Of a DNA stretch of 64,000 nt, positions 1 to 13,169 are shown piece after piece; positions within the stretch are counted from its first letter, which is position 1, and every line of letters starts with the position of its first letter. The position numbers were made by a program, and so were the translations under genes. The notes under the pieces were generated by a model that saw only the letters and a list, made by a program, of their open reading frames with translations, was not told the origin of the DNA and did not search any database. Source of the stretch: Eledone cirrhosa (lineage: Eukaryota); assembly GCA_964016885.1 (NCBI GenBank), contig OZ024741.1, positions 131,564,001 through 131,628,000 of the forward strand. Direction: 5' to 3'.

Positions 1-1741
1 CTGGCACTGGAGGGGCTCTGGTCAACTTGGATCAATCTAAAGCATTTGATAGGGTCGACCATCGGGACCTGGCTGCGGTCCTCGAAGCGGCCGGCTTCGG
101 ACCCGTTTTTAGGGGCTGGATCGCTGCGATGCACAGCGACATCTGCTCGATTGTGTGTCGCAGCCTTTCAGCATCATGCGCTCTGTCCGGCAGGGTTGCC
201 CCCTCTCGTCCCTCTTGTACGTACTGGCCCTCGAGCCATTACTGCACAAATTGAGACGATGAGGGGGGTCCCACGCGAACTGGAATGCGGGAGATCCGTG
301 TCAGCTTACGCCGACGACGTCACGGTGGTGGTGTCGAGCACCAAACACGTCCAGATGCTCGGAACCGCTCTCAAGGAATACGAAGCGGTGACAGGAGCAA
401 AGATACACCAGGAAAAGTCAGTGGGCTTGTAATTCGGCACCTGGAGAGGCAAGTCCATGCCGTCCGACAGCGTCGTAGGGTGCTGTATGGAAGTATCGGT
501 TAAATTGCTTGGGGTCTGGTTCGGTCCGGACCTCCAGATGGAGAAAAGCTGGATCGAGGTGACGAGCAGGGTGGCCTCTCTCACCCAGAAATGGGCCGAG
601 AGGAGGCTGTCTCTGAAAGGTCGGGCGGAGGTGGCGAATGCGTACATAGCGTCCGTCATCTGCTACCGCCTGACCGTCGTACCTTGCCCCGCCTATCTCT
701 AACCAAAATGGAGCGTCTTCTCTTCCGCTTTTTGTGGAAGGAACGTGCTCCCATGGTCAGACGATCCATTTGCAGTCAACACCAGTTGCGTGGAGGACTA
801 GGCATGCTTCGGCTGATGATACGCACTGGGGCTGCGACATCTCTGGTGCTTCCTTGACGGTGAATAGGTGTGGTCACCGTTTGCCAGACGCGCTTTTCCC
901 CGGCTCGTCTCCTTGACAGAGCTGCAGTCCTGGATCAGGAAAATATCGAGGGATACCACTTGCAAGCTGGAATGTCTCCAAGCGCTCACCGCCCTATACC
1001 AGCTGGGCACTAATATCGGTGGAACATCCACCACGGCGTTCTATAGAGGGCTAGAGGAGGGAAAGAGCAACGACGTTCTCCGGGAGACCCTGGGCGTCGA
1101 AGACGATCAGCTGTTCGCTTTCTTCAAGAGAATTTCAGACCGGGGCCTATGGATAACTTCCAGAAATGCCTGGTCTGGCAGTGCTACCGGGGATCGTATC
1201 CGGTTCGGGATAAGCTCCACAGGCACGGAGCTGCTGTCAGCCGAGCCTGTCCGAGATGCAAGGTGGGCGACGCACTCGTTCAGAGCCCGAGGATTGCTGA
1301 CTTGTGGAGCTATGTGGAATAGTTGCTGTCGCGTGTAGGACGGATCTGGTTATCGACTGAGTCCATTGTGCAAATAACCCAGCCATCCTCCTTTAAAGTG
1401 CTGTCTTCTAGTAAGTTTGTTGAAAGGTGGGTGAAAGTGGCGAGTCTGGTCCTAGTGAACGGGCCCGCTCTGAGTATGCGCCTGTAGACTGAGGAGTGAG
1501 AAAACCGAGAGAGGGCGCTCGTCCTGGTGGTCAGGGTGGCCGTCGTCTTTTTGTGTGGATTTCGCCACGAGTGACCCTCGGAAGTTTCCCCATTTTTGGG
1601 GGATTTTTGCTGTTTGAATTTTTTTGATTTCTAGCCCGATTTTCTTATAACCTGTTTACACGACAAAAACTCACTTTGTATCATCCTGTGTCGTCTCTAA
1701 TGTTTTACTTCGTGATAGCTCTTGTGGCCAATAAAGAAACC
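1..1741 (+). mobile_element. Degenerate Tx1-clade LINE, 3' part (RT C-terminus, 3' UTR)
   Basis: ORF fragments DQSKAFDRVDH, SAYADD, LLGVWFG align with ORF 4269..6443; frameshifts and deletions; ends AATAAAGAAACC followed by (ATT)n. Confidence 0.9.
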
Positions 1742-1789
1742 ATTATTATTATTATTATTATTATTAATATTATTATTATTATTATTATT
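1742..1789. repeat. (ATT)n spacer/target with AAT interruption
   Basis: (ATT)8-AAT-(ATT)7; the same AAT-(ATT)7 recurs at 6725-6748. Confidence 0.95.
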
Positions 1790-2003
1790 GGCGACCTAAG
1801 TAGTAAATCGTATCATCGTGAGCTACGCAAAGGATTGTTATTTTCAGTTGTTTAAAATTGCCATTTATGGAAATTTTTTATTGTTAAATGTATATAAGTG
1901 CACATACATTGTTATCTGAAAAGGACACCCAAAATGATTGGGGCCTTGAGCCCAAAATTTAAACTTTTATAATTATCAAACAAAAATTTTTCTTTGAAAA
2001 ATC

Positions 2004-3253
2004 ATGGACGACTCAGGGTCACTCCTTCCTCACAAACTAACACCTCACACCGACACCACCATTGTAAATATTACTACGTTTGCCAACACTAAAAATATAA
2101 GCAGTAGCAATATTTTAAATTTGTCTCAGGCAGACATTCATTTCACGCCATTACGAATGACTGCTGGTGTTAAAGCCGCCACCACCACCACCACAACCGC
2201 GACAACCCCCCCCCCCCCCCACCACCACCGCGACAACAGAAACAAAAGAAAAAAATAAATTAACTCGTGATATCGAAATGAATTCAACCAAAATGAACTC
2301 TTCCACACCGAACACCACTGACGCCACCACCACCACAACTGAAACTAAAATTAACAATAACAAAAATAACGATAACAACAACAACAACAACAATGAAATT
2401 AAGAAAACCACCCTGAGTTTTGGCAGAGTAGCAAAACAGTGCGAATCATTTCAGGTAACTCAGGAGGAATTAGAAGAAGCGAAACAAATGGTAAAGAAAT
2501 ATGGGTACAGGGTCAGCCTCACCCCACCCCCACCACCTAATAAAATGGAGCATCAGCGCCTATGCACCGTGTCTTATCGAACGATTAACATAAAATCGCG
2601 CCGAGTGGAACGGGCATCCGAGTCCCAAATCCAAAAAGCTTTGGGACATGTGTGGGCAAAAAAAACCACATCAGACGTGGGCAGGAATATGGAACCGTGG
2701 ACGTGTTCTTTGAAACACCACAGGAGGCTAGAGAACACTCCATGGCCCCATTAAGAAGTGACGACTTCACACTCGTCCCAAGCTATTGTGGCCAGAGACT
2801 CGTAAATATCAGGGTGACCCACGTTCCACCGACCATCGAAATTCCCTGGCTAATAGCTGCCGTCCTCGCCGGAATCGAAACCAACACCAAGATAATCGAA
2901 ATAGCGAAAGAAAAGCAGGAGAACTTCTCCGGATCTGGGATGGAGCTCCTGATCCAAGCGGACCAAAAAAGCATTGAGATCCCAGAGGTAATAGACCTCA
3001 CTGACGGCAGTCACCTCACCGCAATCGTCGAGGGCAGAAGGCCTTGGTGTGTCGTTTGTGGTGAAGGAACCCACCTAAGGGCTTTCTGCCCTTAGGCTAA
3101 AAGGTTGAGGCCACCTCTCTTACCCACCCCAGTGACTCAACCATCAACACCACCAGCAGCAGAGATGGCAGCAACAACTGTAGCAGCAACAACAGGAGCA
3201 ACTGTAACAGCAACAACCCCAGCAACAGTAGCAAAACCAACACCACCACCACC
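2004..3253 (+). pseudogene. Tx1 ORF1 (Thr/Asn/Pro-rich N-terminus, single zinc knuckle), disrupted
   Basis: Split over ORFs 2004, 2167 and 2652; frameshifts in the C-run and A-run; TAG at 3093; homologous to 13378.. and 37171.. ORFs. Confidence 0.8.
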
Positions 3254-4268
3254 CATGGATCTTGCCATACGGGCCATCTTCCTGGACCCAGAAAGGTAAG
3301 TTGGTGGTGCTGGACGTGACCAGCGGAGACGGGCAAGCTTTCAGGTTAGTGGCCGTCTATGCCCCGACAGGAGCAGGGCGGCCTGATTTCTTCCGGCGTC
3401 TGGAGACCTTTCTTGGAACGTCCCGCTCTTTAGTGTTAGTGGGCGACTGGACGGGATCTTAGATGCACTCTGGGACTGTGTGGGATTAGCGGATAGGGGA
3501 GGAGGGTGCAAGAGCCTCACCAACCTGCTCAGGCGTTTTGAACTGTCTGACAGGTACCGATTGGATTTCCCGAATGTGCCAATGTGGACTTGGACAAATC
3601 GCATAGGGTCATCCAGATCATATCTAGATAGAGTATTTTGTAGGGAAATAGATAGGTATAGCATAGGCTGTCCACAATTCAAAATAGTCAGCTACACGGA
3701 CCACAAATTCGTGATCTGTGTGCTTGACTTAGATAGGCTTCATAGACGAGGACCCGGCTACTGGAAGCTAAACGCGTCCTTACAAGCGCGCAAGGCCTAC
3801 AGAGAACCGATTAGCGAACTAGTTAAGCGGGCGTTGACGGGGGCCATCGTGAACAACAAGTGGTAGTTTGCTCTGAAAAGAGCAATTAGAATAGAGTCCA
3901 TTAGGTTTAGTAAGGCTTTAGCAATAAAGAAAAATAGAGCAGAGGGAGAATTAATTAGAAAATTAGACGAGGCGTTTAGCAAAGGCATCGCGACCGACGT
4001 ACTTGCGGCGAAATTAGCCCTTGACCAATTCTTCAATGCAAAGCACGAAGGCTGCGTTGTCAGAGCTAGGGTGCGTGCACTCAGACACGAGGGGACGAAA
4101 GCCATTCAATGGGCCCGAGTGGCGGAGGCGCGTCGTGGCAACAAAGCCACGATCCGGTCTTTGGTGGACCACGACGGGCGCATGCTACTCGATCCCGGGC
4201 AAATGTGTGAAGCTTTTCAGTGACACTTCGCACAGCTGTTCGGGGGAAGCGGCGGGCCGGATCGAGGT

Positions 4269-6443
4269 ATGGACTTTAGTGTTTACCTCGACGGACTGCT
4301 GTGGCTCTCGGCCACTGAGGCGGAGTGTTGCGAAAAGCCGATAACAGCCGCTGAAGTACGGGAGGCAATGACTGGCTGCACAAGGGATAAATCGCCTTGT
4401 TTGGATGGTCTGCCCTATGAACTTTACGTACAGATGCCAGACTTGTTCGGAGGCCTCTTGGCGGAACTCTACTGCAACTGGCAACAGAACGGGAGAATTC
4501 CCAGTTCTGTGATCCGAGGAGCTGTGGCGCTGCTGAGAAAGGATCCGAACATGGAGGATAACATAGATACTTTTAGGCCGATAACTCTTCTAAACACAGA
4601 GTTCAAGATTTTGGCCAAGGTGCTAGCAAAGAGGTTGGCGCTTGTCGTTGGTGGTCTGGTGGGAGAGGCGCAGACGTGCGCCATTCCCGACAGATCCATC
4701 CACGACAACCTCCACCTCATGCGATACATCGTAGAGAGGGTAGCTAGGGAACCTGGCACGGGTGGGTCCTTGATCAATTTAGATCAGTCGAAAGCTTTCG
4801 ATAGGGTCGACCATCGTTACCTAGCGGCAGTCCTGAGGGCGGCTGGCTTTGGGCCCGTCTTCAGAGGCTGGATCGCTGCCATGCACAGCGACATCTGCTC
4901 TGTAGTGAGAGTGAACGGTCACCTGTCGGAACCGTTCAACATCATGCGCTCGGTCCGCCAAGGATGTCCCCTCTCGTCCCTCTTGTACGTATTGACTCTC
5001 GAGCCATTACTGCACAAACTGGAGACGTTGAGGGGAGTCCCGCGCGAACTAGGATGCGGAAGATCCGTGTCAGCATATGCGGACGATGTCACCGTAGTGG
5101 TGTCGAACGCCAAACACATCGAGGCGATCGGCACTACACTAAGAGAATACGAAGCGGTGACAGGAGCAATGATCAACCAGGAAAAGTCAGTGGGCCTGCA
5201 GCTCGGCACCTGGAGAGGCAGGTCCATGCCGTCCAACAGCGTCGTCGGGCGCTGGACGGACGGACCGGTTAAATTGCTAGGGGTCTGGTTCGGTCCGGAC
5301 CTCCAGACGGACAAAAACTGGGACGAGGTGACGAGCAGGGTGGCTTCTCTCACCCAGAAATGGGCGGAGAGGAAGCTATCCCTGAAAGGTCGAGCGGAGG
5401 TGGCTAACGCGTACATCGCGTCTGTCATCTGCTACCGCCTAACCGTCGTACCTTGTCCTAAGCCTCGCCTGACTGCGCTGGAGCGTTTGCTCTTTCGCTT
5501 TTTGTGGAAGGGACGTGCTCCGATGGTCAGGCGGTCCATCTGTTGTCAACACCCGCTACGTGGAGGGCTGGGCATGCCGTGGCTGATGATGCGCAGGCAC
5601 GCGCTCAGGCTACGACATCTCCACCTCTTCCTCGACGGTGATCAGGTGTGGTCGCCGTTTGCTAGACGCGTTTTTCCCCAGCTCGTTTCCTTGACGGAGC
5701 TGCAGTCCTGGGTCAAGCGAAGACCGAGAGGGAGCGCCTGGAGACTGGAATGTCTTCAGGCGCTCACAGCCCTCGACCAATCGGGCAATGTGATCGGTGG
5801 AAACTCCACCTCGGCGTTCTATAGAGGATTAGTGGAGGGGAAGAGCGACGACGTACTTGGGGAAACTCTAGGCGTCGACGAAAATCAACTAGCCAATCTC
5901 TTCGGAAGAACTTTCGGGCCAGGGCCTATGGACAACTTCCAGAAATCTCTGGCCTGGCAGTGCTACCGAGGAGCCTTGCCAGTTCGGGATAAACTCTACA
6001 GGCATGGAGGTGCCGTCAGCCGGGCATGTCCGAGATGCGCGCAGGGCGACGAAACCGTCCTGCACGCACTCGTCCAGTGTCCGAAAATTGCTGACTTGTG
6101 GGTTTATGTCGAACACCTGCTGTCGCGTTTAGGACGGATCCAGCTAGCATCTGAGTCTATCGTGAGGATTGCCCCGCCCTCCTCCTTTAGCCGGGAAGGG
6201 CAGGCAGTTTTTATCTGTCTGGTGGCCATGGCGAAAGAGATAGTATGGTGGACACGTTTGAAAGGGCTGAAGACGAGCACTTACCTCTTCGGTGATGCTC
6301 TGATTGCCTTTTTCAAATTTCATTTGAAAAGGAAAATCAGAGTAGAGAAGGAAGTGCTCTCTTCCCAGCATTTTGTTGAAAGATGGGTGAGAGAAGCAAG
6401 AATGGCCCGAGTGAATGGGCCGACTCTGAGTATATATCTGTAA
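4269..6443 (+). CDS. Uninterrupted 724-aa RT plus C-terminal zinc-finger portion of Tx1 ORF2
   Basis: KSPxxDGLP, FRPITLLN, DQSKAFD, QGCPLS, YADD, LLGV and CPRC motifs. Upstream ORF2 has stops at 3864 and 4221, so the element is probably not autonomous. Confidence 0.85.
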   Translation: MDFSVYLDGLLWLSATEAECCEKPITAAEVREAMTGCTRDKSPCLDGLPYELYVQMPDLFGGLLAELYCNWQQNGRIPSSVIRGAVALLRKDPNMEDNIDTFRPITLLNTEFKILAKVLAKRLALVVGGLVGEAQTCAIPDRSIHDNLHLMRYIVERVAREPGTGGSLINLDQSKAFDRVDHRYLAAVLRAAGFGPVFRGWIAAMHSDICSVVRVNGHLSEPFNIMRSVRQGCPLSSLLYVLTLEPLLHKLETLRGVPRELGCGRSVSAYADDVTVVVSNAKHIEAIGTTLREYEAVTGAMINQEKSVGLQLGTWRGRSMPSNSVVGRWTDGPVKLLGVWFGPDLQTDKNWDEVTSRVASLTQKWAERKLSLKGRAEVANAYIASVICYRLTVVPCPKPRLTALERLLFRFLWKGRAPMVRRSICCQHPLRGGLGMPWLMMRRHALRLRHLHLFLDGDQVWSPFARRVFPQLVSLTELQSWVKRRPRGSAWRLECLQALTALDQSGNVIGGNSTSAFYRGLVEGKSDDVLGETLGVDENQLANLFGRTFGPGPMDNFQKSLAWQCYRGALPVRDKLYRHGGAVSRACPRCAQGDETVLHALVQCPKIADLWVYVEHLLSRLGRIQLASESIVRIAPPSSFSREGQAVFICLVAMAKEIVWWTRLKGLKTSTYLFGDALIAFFKFHLKRKIRVEKEVLSSQHFVERWVREARMARVNGPTLSIYL

Positions 6444-6748
6444 ACTAAAGGTGGAAAACTGGGAGAGGGCACTTGCCTTGGTGGTCAGGGTCATTGTGGC
6501 TTTTTACTGGGCTTTCTCCACAAATGTCCCTCCGAAGTCTCCCCCCTATTGGGGAATTTTTCATTGTTATTTTCATTGTTATTTTTGTTACATCCTCTGT
6601 TTTTGTTTTTTTTACACGCAGAAATGCCCATTTGTACCGTCCTGCATTGTCCTGCACTGTCCTTAATGTCTACTTTATGTAAACCCTTGTGGTTAATAAA
6701 GAAATCATTATTATTATTATTATTAATATTATTATTATTATTATTATT

Positions 6749-9700
6749 GGCGACCTAAGTAGTAAATCGTATCATCGTGAGCTACGCAAAGGATTGTTAT
6801 TTTCAGTTGTTTAAAATTGCCATTTATGGAAATTTTTTATTGTTAAATGTATATAAGTGCACATACATTGTTATCTGAAAAGGACACCCAAAATGATTGG
6901 GGCCTTGAGCCCAAAATTTAAACTTTTATAATTATCAAACAAAAATTTTTCTTTGAAAAATCATGGACGACTCAGGGTCACTCCTTCCTCACAAACTAAC
7001 ACCTCACACCGACACCACCATTGTAAATATTACTACGTTTGCCAACACTAAAAATATAAGCAGTAGCAATATTTTAAATTTGTCTCAGGCAGACATTCAT
7101 TTCACGCCATTACGAATGACTGCTGGTGTTAAAGCCGCCACCACCACCACCACAACCGCGACAACCCCCCCCCCCCCCACCACCACCGCGACAACAGAAA
7201 CAAAAGAAAAAAATAAATTAACTCGTGATATCGAAATGAATTCAACCAAAATGAACTCTTCCACACCGAACACCACTGACGCCACCACCACCACAACTGA
7301 AACTAAAATTAACAATAACAAAAATAACGATAACAACAACAACAACAACAATGAAATTAAGAAAACCACCCTGAGTTTTGGCAGAGTAGCAAAACAGTGC
7401 GAATCATTTCAGGTAACTCAGGAGGAATTAGAAGAAGCGAAACAAATGGTAAAGAAATATGGGTACAGGGTCAGCCTCACCCCACCCCCACCACCTAATA
7501 AAATGGAGCATCAGCGCCTATGCACCGTGTCTTATCGAACGATTAACATAAAATCGCGCCGAGTGGAACGGGCATCCGAGTCCCAAATCCAAAAAGCTTT
7601 GGGACATGTGTGGGCAAAAAAAACCACATCAGACGTGGGCAGGAATATGGAACCGTGGACGTGTTCTTTGAAACACTACAGGAGGCTAGAGAACACTCCA
7701 TGGCCCCATTAAGAAGTGACGACTTCACACTCGTCCCAAGCTATTGTGGCCAGAGACTCGTAAATATCAGGGTGACCCACGTTCCACCGACCATCGAAAT
7801 TCCCTGGCTAATAGCTGCCGTCCTCGCCGGAATCGAAACCAACACCAAGATAATCGAAATAGCGAAAGAAAAGCAGGAGAACTTCTCCGGATCTGGGATG
7901 GAGCTCCTGATCCAAGCGGACCAAAAAAGCATTGAGATCCCAGAGGTAATAGACCTCACTGACGGCAGTCACCTCACCGCAATCGTCGAGGGCAGAAGGC
8001 CTTGGTGTGTCGTTTGTGGTGAAGGAACCCACCTAAGGGCTTTCTGCCCTTAGGCTAAAAGGTTGAGGCCACCTCTCTTACCCACCCCAGTGACTCAACC
8101 ATCAACACCACCAGCAGCAGAGATGGCAGCAACAACTGTAGCAGCAACAACAGGAGCAACTGTAACAGCAACAACCCCAGCAACAGTAGCAAAACCAACA
8201 CCACCACCACCCATGGATCTTGCCATACGGGCCATCTTCCTGGACCCAGAAGGTAAGTTGGTGGTGCTGGACGTGACCAGCGGAGACGGGCAAGCTTTCA
8301 GGTTAGTGGCCGTCTATGCCCCGACAGGAGCAGGGCGGCCTGATTTCTTCCGGCGTCTGGAGACCTTTCTTGGAACGTCCCGCTCTTTAGTGTTAGTGGG
8401 CGACTGGAACGGGATCTTAGATGCACTCTGGGACTGTGTGGGATTAGCGGATAGGGGAGGAGGGTGCAAGAGCCTCACCAACCTGCTCAGGCGTTTTGAA
8501 CTGTCTGACAGGTACCGATTGGATTTCCCGAATGTGCCAATGTGGACTTGGACAAATCGCATAGGGTCATCCAGATCATATCTAGATAGAGTATTTTGTA
8601 GGGAAATAGATAGGTATAGCATAGGCTGTCCACAATTCAAAATAGTCAGCTACACGGACCACAAATTCGTGATCTGTGTGCTTGACTTAGATAGGCTTCA
8701 TAGACGAGGACCCGGCTACTGGAAGCTAAACGCGTCCTTACAAGCGCGCAAGGCCTACAGAGAACCGATTAGCGAACTAGTTAAGCGGGCGTTGACGGGG
8801 GCCATCGTGAACAACAAGTGGTAGTTTGCTCTGAAAAGAGCAATTAGAATAGAGTCCATTAGGTTTAGTAAGGCTTTAGCAATAAAGAAAAATAGAGCAG
8901 AGGGAGAATTAATTAGAAAATTAGACGAGGCGTTTAGCAAAGGCATCGCGACCGACGTACTTGCGGCGAAATTAGCCCTTGACCAATTCTTCAATGCAAA
9001 GCACGAAGGCTGCGTTGTCAGAGCTAGGGTGCGTGCACTCAGACACGAGGGGACGAAAGCCATTCAATGGGCCCGAGTGGCGGAGGCGCGTCGTGGCAAC
9101 AAAGCCACGATCCGGTCTTTGGTGGACCACGACGGGCGCATGCTACTCGATCCCGGGCAAATGTGTGAAGCTTTTCAGTGACACTTCGCACAGCTGTTCG
9201 GGGGAAGCGGCGGGCCGGATCGAGGTATGGACTTTAGTGTTTACCTCGACGGACTGCTGTGGCTCTCGGCCACTGAGGCGGAGTGTTGCGAAAAGCCGAT
9301 AACAGCCGCTGAAGTACGGGAGGCAATGACTGGCTGCACAAGGGATAAATCGCCTTGTTTGGATGGTCTGCCCTATGAACTTTACGTACAGATGCCAGAC
9401 TTGTTCGGAGGCCTCTTGGCGGAACTCTACTGCAACTGGCAACAGAACGGGATAATTCCCAGCTCTGTGATCCGAGGAGCTGTGGCGCTGCTGAGAAAGG
9501 ATCCGAACATGGAGGATAACATAGATACTTTTAGGCCGATAACTCTTCTAAACACAGAGTTCAAGATTTTGGCCAAGGTGCTAGCAAAGAGGTTGGCGCT
9601 TGTCGTTGGTGGTCTGGTGGGAGAGGCGCAGACGTGCGCCATTCCCGACAGATCCATCCACGACAACCTCCACCTCATGCGATACATCGTAGAGAGGGTA

Positions 9701-11649
9701 GCTAGGGAACCTGGCACGGGTGGGTCCTTGATCAATTTAGATCAGTCGAAAGCTTTCGATAGGGTCGACCATCATTACCTAGCAGCAGTCCTGAGGGCGG
9801 CTGGCTTTAGGCCCGTCTACAGAAGCTGGATCGCTGCCATGCACAGCGACATCTGCTCTGTGGTGAGAGTGAACGGTCACTTTTCGGAACCGTTCAACAT
9901 CATGCGCTCGGTCCGCCAAGGATGTCTCCTCTCGTCCCTCTTGTACGTATTGACTCTTGAGCCATTACTGCACAAACTGGAGACGTTGAGGGGGTCCCGC
10001 GCGAACTAAGATGCGGAAGATCCGTGTCAGCATATGCCGACGATGTCACTGTAGTGGTGTCGAACGCCAAACACATCGAGGCGATCGGCACTACACTAAG
10101 AGAATACGAAGCGGTGACAGGAGCAATGATCAACCAGGAAAAGTCAGTGGGCCTGCAGCTCGGCACCTGGAGAGGCATGTCCATGCCGTCCAACAGCGTC
10201 GTCGGACGCTGGACGGACGGACCGGTTAAATTGCTAGGGGTCTGGTTCGGTTCGGACCTCCAAACGGACAAAAACTGGGACGAGGTGACGAGCAGGGTGG
10301 CTTCTCTCACCCAGAAATGGGCGGAGAGGGAGCTATCCCTGAAAGGTTGTGCGGAGGTGGCTAACGCGTACATCGCGTCCGTCATATACTTCCGTCTGAC
10401 CATCGTACCTTGTCCTAAGCCCCGCCTGACTGCGCTGGAGCGTTTGCTCTTTCACTTTTTGTGGAAGAGACGCGCACCGATGATCAGGCGGTCCATCTGC
10501 TGTCAACACCCGCTACGTGGAGGGCTGGGCATGCCGTGGCTGATGATGCGCAGACACGCGCTCAGGCTACGACATCTCCACCTCTTCCTCGACGATGATC
10601 ATGTGTGGTCGCCGTTTGCTAGACACGTTTTTCCCCAGCTCGTCTCCTTGACGGAGCTGTAGTCCTGGGTCAAGCGAAGACCGAGAGGGAGCGCTTGGAG
10701 ACTGGAATGTCTTCAGGCGCTCACAGCCCTCGACCAATCAGGCAATGTGATCGGTGGAAACTCCACATTGGCGTTCTATAGAGGATTAGTGGAGGGAAAG
10801 AGCGACGACGTACTTGGAGAAACTCTAGGCGTCGACGAAAATCAACTAGTCAATCACTTCGGAAGGACTTTCGGGCCGGGGCCTATGGACAACTTCCAGA
10901 AATCCTTGGCCTGGCAGTGCTACCGAGGAGCTTTGCCAGTTCGGGATAAACTCTACAGGCATGGAGGTGCCGTCAGCCGGGCATGTCCGAGATGCGCGCA
11001 GGGCGACGAAACCGTCCTACACGCACTCGTCCAGTGTCCGAGCATTGCTGACTTGTTGGTTTATGTCGAACACCTGCTGTCACGTGTAGGATGGATCCAG
11101 CTATCAGCTGAGTCCATCGTGAGGATTGCCCCGCCCTCTTCCTTTAGCCGGGACTGGGCAAGCAGTTTTTATCTGTCTGGTGGCCATGGCGAAAGAGATA
11201 GTATGGTGGAAACGTTTGAAAGGGCTGAAGACGAGCACTTACCTCTTCGGTGATGCCCTGATTAACTTTTTCAAATTTCATTTGAAAAGGAAAATCAGGG
11301 TAGAGAGGGAAGTGCTCTTTTGCCAGCATTTTGTTGAAAGATGGGTGAGAGAAGCAAGTATGGCCCGAGTGAATGGGCCTACTCTGAGTATGTGTCTGTA
11401 AATTAAAGGTGTAAAACTGGGAGAGGGCACTTGCCCTGGTGGTCAGGGTCACTGTGGCCTTTTAATGGGCTTTCTCCACAAATGTTCCTCGGAAGTCTCC
11501 CCCCCTATTGGGGAATTTTTCATTGTTATTTTTTTTATTACATCCTCTGTTTTTTACACGCATAAATGCCCATTTGTACCGTCCTGTATTGTCCTGTACT
11601 GTCCTTAATGTCTACTTTATTTAAACCCTTGTGGTTAATAAAGAAAGCA
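6749..11649 (+). mobile_element. Tx1-clade LINE copy B, tandem to copy A
   Basis: Near-identical to A over the first ~3 kb, clearly diverged after ~9770 (frameshift ~9995, TAG 10660); ends AATAAAGAAAGC then (ATT)n. Confidence 0.95.
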
Positions 11650-11659
11650 TTATTATTAT

Positions 11660-11757
11660 AAGGTTAACTTTGCCTTTCATCATTCCGGGGTCGATAGAAT
11701 AAAGTACCAGTAATGCATTGGATAATTGCTGGCCTTGTGCCAAAGTAGAAACAATTA
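11660..11757 (+). mobile_element. 5'-truncated tRNA-derived SINE
   Basis: GCCTTTCATCxTTCCGGGGTCGATA..AGTACCAG core plus GGCCTTGTGCC..AGAAACA(ATT)n; ~10 copies in the window; core resembles the Meta domain (from memory). Confidence 0.85.
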
Positions 11758-13168
11758 TTATTATCATTTTTATTCTGTTTCATTATTGTTTCTGAGATAT
11801 ATGCCGAGTGTCTTCCTGACACCTAGAGAAAATAAATTCACAGTGTGCATTGGTAAGCCAGTTAATACAGCACATTGATTTAAAAAAAGAAAAAAAAACA
11901 GTATACATATATATACATGGAGGGATATCAATCTTACAGAGATAGTGCTCTTCTCAATACGTGTGCAGTTCCAGTCAAAACAACGTTTTGCACCTCGTGC
12001 AGAGAGGGTAAATCAGGAATCATTCGCAAATATTGTTCTGTTCCTTTCTTGATCATTCCCAGTCCTCCCACAATCACTGGTATTGTAACGGCTTTGAGGC
12101 GCCACATTTTCTCAATTTCAATAAGCAGATCTTTATATTTTCGTAGCTTGTCAAATTCTTTTGCCGCGATATTGTGATCACATGGGATGCTCATATCTAT
12201 CAATTAACAGACCTTGTTATGTTGATCTTTTACAATGATATCAGGTCTATTTGCTTTTATGGTCCTGTCAGTATGTACAGGAAAGTCCCAGAGAATTGTT
12301 ACTTTTTCTGCTTCAGTTACAGCCTCAGGGTGATGAGTGTACCACTTGTCTTCAGCTCTGATTTTATAATGCCGACATATTACCCTGTGTAGATATTGGC
12401 CAACTCTGTCATGTCTATATTTGTATTCTGGTGCTAAAACTTTACATTCAGAGACTAATTGATCCACTGTTTCAACCTCAGCATTGCAGAATCGGCATTT
12501 TTGGTTTATTCTGTTTCTCATCACATTGGCCTGGTAATTACGAGTCAATAAGCTTTGATCTTGGCAGCTAAGATGAAGCCTTCACTCTCCGCCTTTAGCC
12601 CTGAACTACGTAGCCACTAATGGGTGTGCTTTTGGTCAACATCAGCTTGTTTGCTACGGGCCACATATTTGCCATGAAGAGGTTTCTGCTCCCAATTTGA
12701 TGTTAATTATCCTTGCCCTTTTGCTTTTGCCAGTGATTTTATACGCCTAGCAGCCTCAGTTGCAACAGTTTCTTTAGTCTGTCCAGCCTGGGTATCAAGC
12801 ATGAGATCAGTAGCATATTTTTTTATCTCCTTCAAGATAGAATGAAGTTTCTTACTTCTCTCATGCTTTTCAACAAGTTTCAGCATACAGTCGTTAGTTG
12901 TTTCAAGGTATTTGGCCAGTCCAATTATGGTGGTCTTGTAAGCAAGTTCAAATTGGATCAGGCCACGGCCTCCTTGAGTTCTAGGAAGGTAAAGACGATC
13001 CACATCTGCTTTAGGTGGTGCATCCTATTACAGTAGCTTACAGACTTTGGTGTCGATTCTTTTGATTTCACTCATATTCCAGTTCAACACACCGAAGTTA
13101 TAAGTGACGACTGGAACTGCCAAGGAATTTATGGCTAGCACCTTGTTACGAGCGTTTAGTTCTGTATT
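11758..13168 (-). mobile_element. Dong/R4-like RLE non-LTR retrotransposon, 3' fragment
   Basis: RLYLPRTQGGRGL; CRFC..ETVDQLVSEC; RPDIIVKD..IDMSIPCD..K..KY restriction-like endonuclease; ends in (TAA)n. Confidence 0.9.
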
Positions 13169-13169
13169 A

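Larger units (their letters stand above)
1790..6706 (+). mobile_element. Tx1-clade LINE copy A (5' UTR, ORF1, 5'-deleted APE endonuclease, RT, C-terminal CCHC)
   Basis: ORF1 knuckle CVVCGEGTHLRAFC; EN motifs VYAP, GDWN, SYLDR, TDH; RT with QGCPLS and YADD; CPRC..H....C; AATAAA then (ATT)n. Confidence 0.95.

Noticed and set aside
4919-5428. Antisense ORF recurring in several Tx1 copies
   Set aside because: Shadow of the conserved GC-rich RT frame; variable ends and no independent motif.
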